Positions 62,062 to 64,000 of a stretch of DNA of 64,000 nt are shown one piece after another. The translations under genes were made by a program, and so were the position numbers. The notes under the pieces are model-generated. The model was given only the letters and a program-made list of their open reading frames with translations, was not told the origin of the DNA and did not search any database. Position 1 is the first letter of the stretch, and each line of letters starts with the position of its first letter. The stretch is from Candidatus Omnitrophota bacterium. Its GTDB lineage: Bacteria > Omnitrophota > Omnitrophia > Omnitrophales > Aquincolibacteriaceae. The DNA is taken from the NCBI GenBank assembly GCA_022711115.1, contig JAKLFP010000001.1, positions 389,183 to 453,182 of the forward strand. The letters run 5' to 3'.

Positions 62062-63429
62062 CTATTTTTTTAATAAAAAAGAAATCTTTTCTAATAAATC
62101 TCTTGTGTGGATATCACTTTCTTTTTCTTTTGAAATTTTATTACAAGCGTGAAGCACGGTTGTGTGGTCTTTTCCACCAAAAAACTCCCCAATTTCAGGA
62201 AGAGAATGTTTAGTAAACTCTCTTACAAAATACATAGCAATTTGACGAGGCCGTACAATAGAAACACTTCTCTTTTTAGCGCGAAGATCAGCGACCTTTA
62301 CATTAAAATAATCTGCCACCACCTTTTGAATACCTTCAATGGTGAATTTTTGAGCCTCTTCCTTAAAAGAATCTCTAAGGATTTCCTGAGCTAACTTTAT
62401 ATCTAGCTTAGAGTTGGTTAAAGAGCAAAAAGCGACTACCCGAATCAAAGCCCCTTCAAGTTCACGAATATTTGATTTTATTTTACTTGCGATAAAATAA
62501 GCAACATCATCTGGCACCACAACGGTCTCTTTTTCCATTTTCTTTTTTAAAATAGCCACCCGGGTCTCAAAATCTGGCGGTTGAATATCTGTTACAAGAC
62601 CCCACCCGAAACGAGAAACCAATCTCTCTTCTAGTCCCGGAATGTCACGAGGGGGACGGTCGCTTGTCACTACAATTTGTTTATGGGCATCATAAAGAGA
62701 GTTGAAGGTGTTAAAAAATTCTTCCTGAGTGGAATCTTTTTCAGCGATAAAATGGACATCATCTATTAGTAGAAGATCAAGATTTCTATACTTTGTTCTA
62801 AATTGAGGTGTTGAGCGAGTCTGAATGGCTGTGATAAGCTGGTTTGTAAATTTTTCACTAGAAATATATAAAATCTTAAAAGTGGGATGTTTTATTTTTG
62901 TTTCATGGGCAATGGCTTGAAGCAAATGTGTTTTCCCTAATCCTGTCGGACCATAAATAAAAAGGGGATTATATTGTTTTGCCGGTGATTCGCTAATAGC
63001 TAATGCCGCGGCGTGAGCAAAGCGATTTCCTGGGCCGATCACAAAGGCATCAAAAGTATAAGAAGAATTAATGCCTAAAGAGGCATCCTCCTTATCCTTC
63101 GAGGGAAGCATTGGAAGAGATGCAACACTTGCGACTGGCGTTGGGGTAACCACTTGGTAAAAGACCTTGACGGATTTTCCAAGCGTTTCTTCAGAGGCAG
63201 ATAAAATAAGATTTTGATAATGATCTTCCAGCCATTTTCCATAATAATTATCAGGAACACTCAAGGTGATAGAGTCTTCAGAAGCGGATAAAAGGGTTAT
63301 AGGCTCAAACCAAGTTTTAAAAGACCTTTCACTCAACTCCCGGGACAAAATAGAGCAGATTTTCTTCCAAAGATCTGAAAAATTATTATGAACAGCAGAA
63401 GAAGCGGCGTCTTGCATAAAGAAAAACAA
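62062..63429 (-). CDS. dnaA: chromosomal replication initiator protein DnaA
   Basis: Walker A GPTGLGKTHLLQAI; AAA+ domain; C-terminal DnaA-box binding helix-turn-helix. Confidence 0.9.
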   Translation of the reverse strand: MFFFMQDAASSAVHNNFSDLWKKICSILSRELSERSFKTWFEPITLLSASEDSITLSVPDNYYGKWLEDHYQNLILSASEETLGKSVKVFYQVVTPTPVASVASLPMLPSKDKEDASLGINSSYTFDAFVIGPGNRFAHAAALAISESPAKQYNPLFIYGPTGLGKTHLLQAIAHETKIKHPTFKILYISSEKFTNQLITAIQTRSTPQFRTKYRNLDLLLIDDVHFIAEKDSTQEEFFNTFNSLYDAHKQIVVTSDRPPRDIPGLEERLVSRFGWGLVTDIQPPDFETRVAILKKKMEKETVVVPDDVAYFIASKIKSNIRELEGALIRVVAFCSLTNSKLDIKLAQEILRDSFKEEAQKFTIEGIQKVVADYFNVKVADLRAKKRSVSIVRPRQIAMYFVREFTKHSLPEIGEFFGGKDHTTVLHACNKISKEKESDIHTRDLLEKISFLLKK

Positions 63430-63751
63430 AGCTCTTTTTTATTAACAGGTTATCAAGAAGAAAAAAAGAAAATTTAAAAAAAGTTAAGATAGGATAAAAA
63501 AACGAGAAAAAACAATCAAAAGAAAATCCACAGCTTGTAAACAATGTTAAACACGCCTTCAAAAGCCAAAATATAAGGAAAATTCCTCAAAAAAAAGATG
63601 CTTAGAAAAGAGCACCTATTTTACAACAGAAAAAAAATTTGTCTAGAATCTTTGTAAAAATTTTACAAAACAAAGAAGAAAAAAAGAAACACGCAAGAAA
63701 GAAAACAAAAGGCTGGATATTCTTCTTCGAATTAATTATACTTTCCGCCTT
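63430..63751. promoter_or_regulatory. divergent rpmH/dnaA promoter region, AT-rich, with a weak DnaA-box-like site (AAATCCACA at 63524-63532)
   Basis: 320-bp A-rich spacer between divergent rpmH and dnaA. Confidence 0.35.
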
Positions 63752-63892
63752 ATGGTTAAAAGAACATATCAACCTTCCAAACGTAAACGTCGTTCCAAGC
63801 ATGGCTTTCTTGCCCGGACTAAAACAAAGGGCGGACGCAAAGTACTTTGGCGCCGGCGCAAAAAGGGCAGGAAGAAACTGACCCAAGTTTAG
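63752..63892 (+). CDS. rpmH: 50S ribosomal protein L34
   Basis: Manual translation [46 protein letters not shown]; not in ORF track (<60 aa). Confidence 0.85.
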   Translation: MVKRTYQPSKRKRRSKHGFLARTKTKGGRKVLWRRRKKGRKKLTQV

Positions 63893-63894
63893 CG

Positions 63895-64000
63895 TTGGAT
63901 AGCAAAAAGCGGCTAAGGCCGGATCAGCGGATCCGAAAACAGGAAGCCTTCAAAAAACTCGTCGAGAAAGGATGTTTCACTCGAGGGGAGTTTTTTTATT
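63895..64000 (+). CDS. rnpA: RNase P protein component (N-terminal part, continues past window end). Probable TTG start
   Basis: LDSKKRLRPDQRIRKQEAFKKLVEKGCFTRGEFF immediately after rpmH. Confidence 0.55.
   Translation, partial: MDSKKRLRPDQRIRKQEAFKKLVEKGCFTRGEFFY

Overview
This 64-kb window reads as the replication-origin neighbourhood of an AT-rich bacterium, possibly an uncultivated or candidate-phylum lineage. The right end carries the classic origin gene set: rnpA(partial)-rpmH on the plus strand, and dnaA, dnaN, a DUF721/DciA-like gene, gyrB, gyrA, serS and tRNA-Ser(GGA) on the minus strand. The dnaA-dnaN intergenic region has two near-consensus DnaA boxes and is the best oriC candidate. 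The remaining ~54 kb is almost entirely one very large accessory glycan biosynthesis and modification locus, transcribed mainly on the minus strand, co-directional with replication. It contains about ten GT2 glycosyltransferases (one frameshifted, one fused to a radical SAM domain), a GT4, and a Wzm/Wzt-type ABC exporter. It also has two TMTC/PMT-like GT-C membrane proteins with TPR tails, one of them next to a Dpm1-like polyprenyl-phosphate sugar synthase. Four membrane-anchored SGNH/GDSL paralogs are present, one of them disrupted. There are three small SPASM/twitch-type radical SAM paralogs plus a B12-binding radical SAM, two SAM methyltransferases, a sulfotransferase, two TagB/TagF-like polyol-phosphate transferases and two large nucleotidyltransferase-fold proteins of unknown function. 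Two higher-GC segments interrupt this locus. The first (~16.6-25.6 kb) ends at tRNA-Arg(ACG). It carries a 1849-aa giant secreted or membrane protein with a PASTA-like domain, coiled coils and a polyQ/polyG tail, plus ankyrin, TPR, bacterial-PH and secreted repeat proteins. The second is a 1546-aa autotransporter next to tRNA-Ser(GCT). An orphan TadE/TadG-like pseudopilin pair sits between them. A truncated GIY-YIG nuclease remnant runs into tRNA-Ser(GCT) and is bracketed by a 22-nt direct repeat of that tRNA's 5' end, which suggests an old recombination or integration scar. All calls rest on motif-level reading of the ORF translations; no database search was possible.
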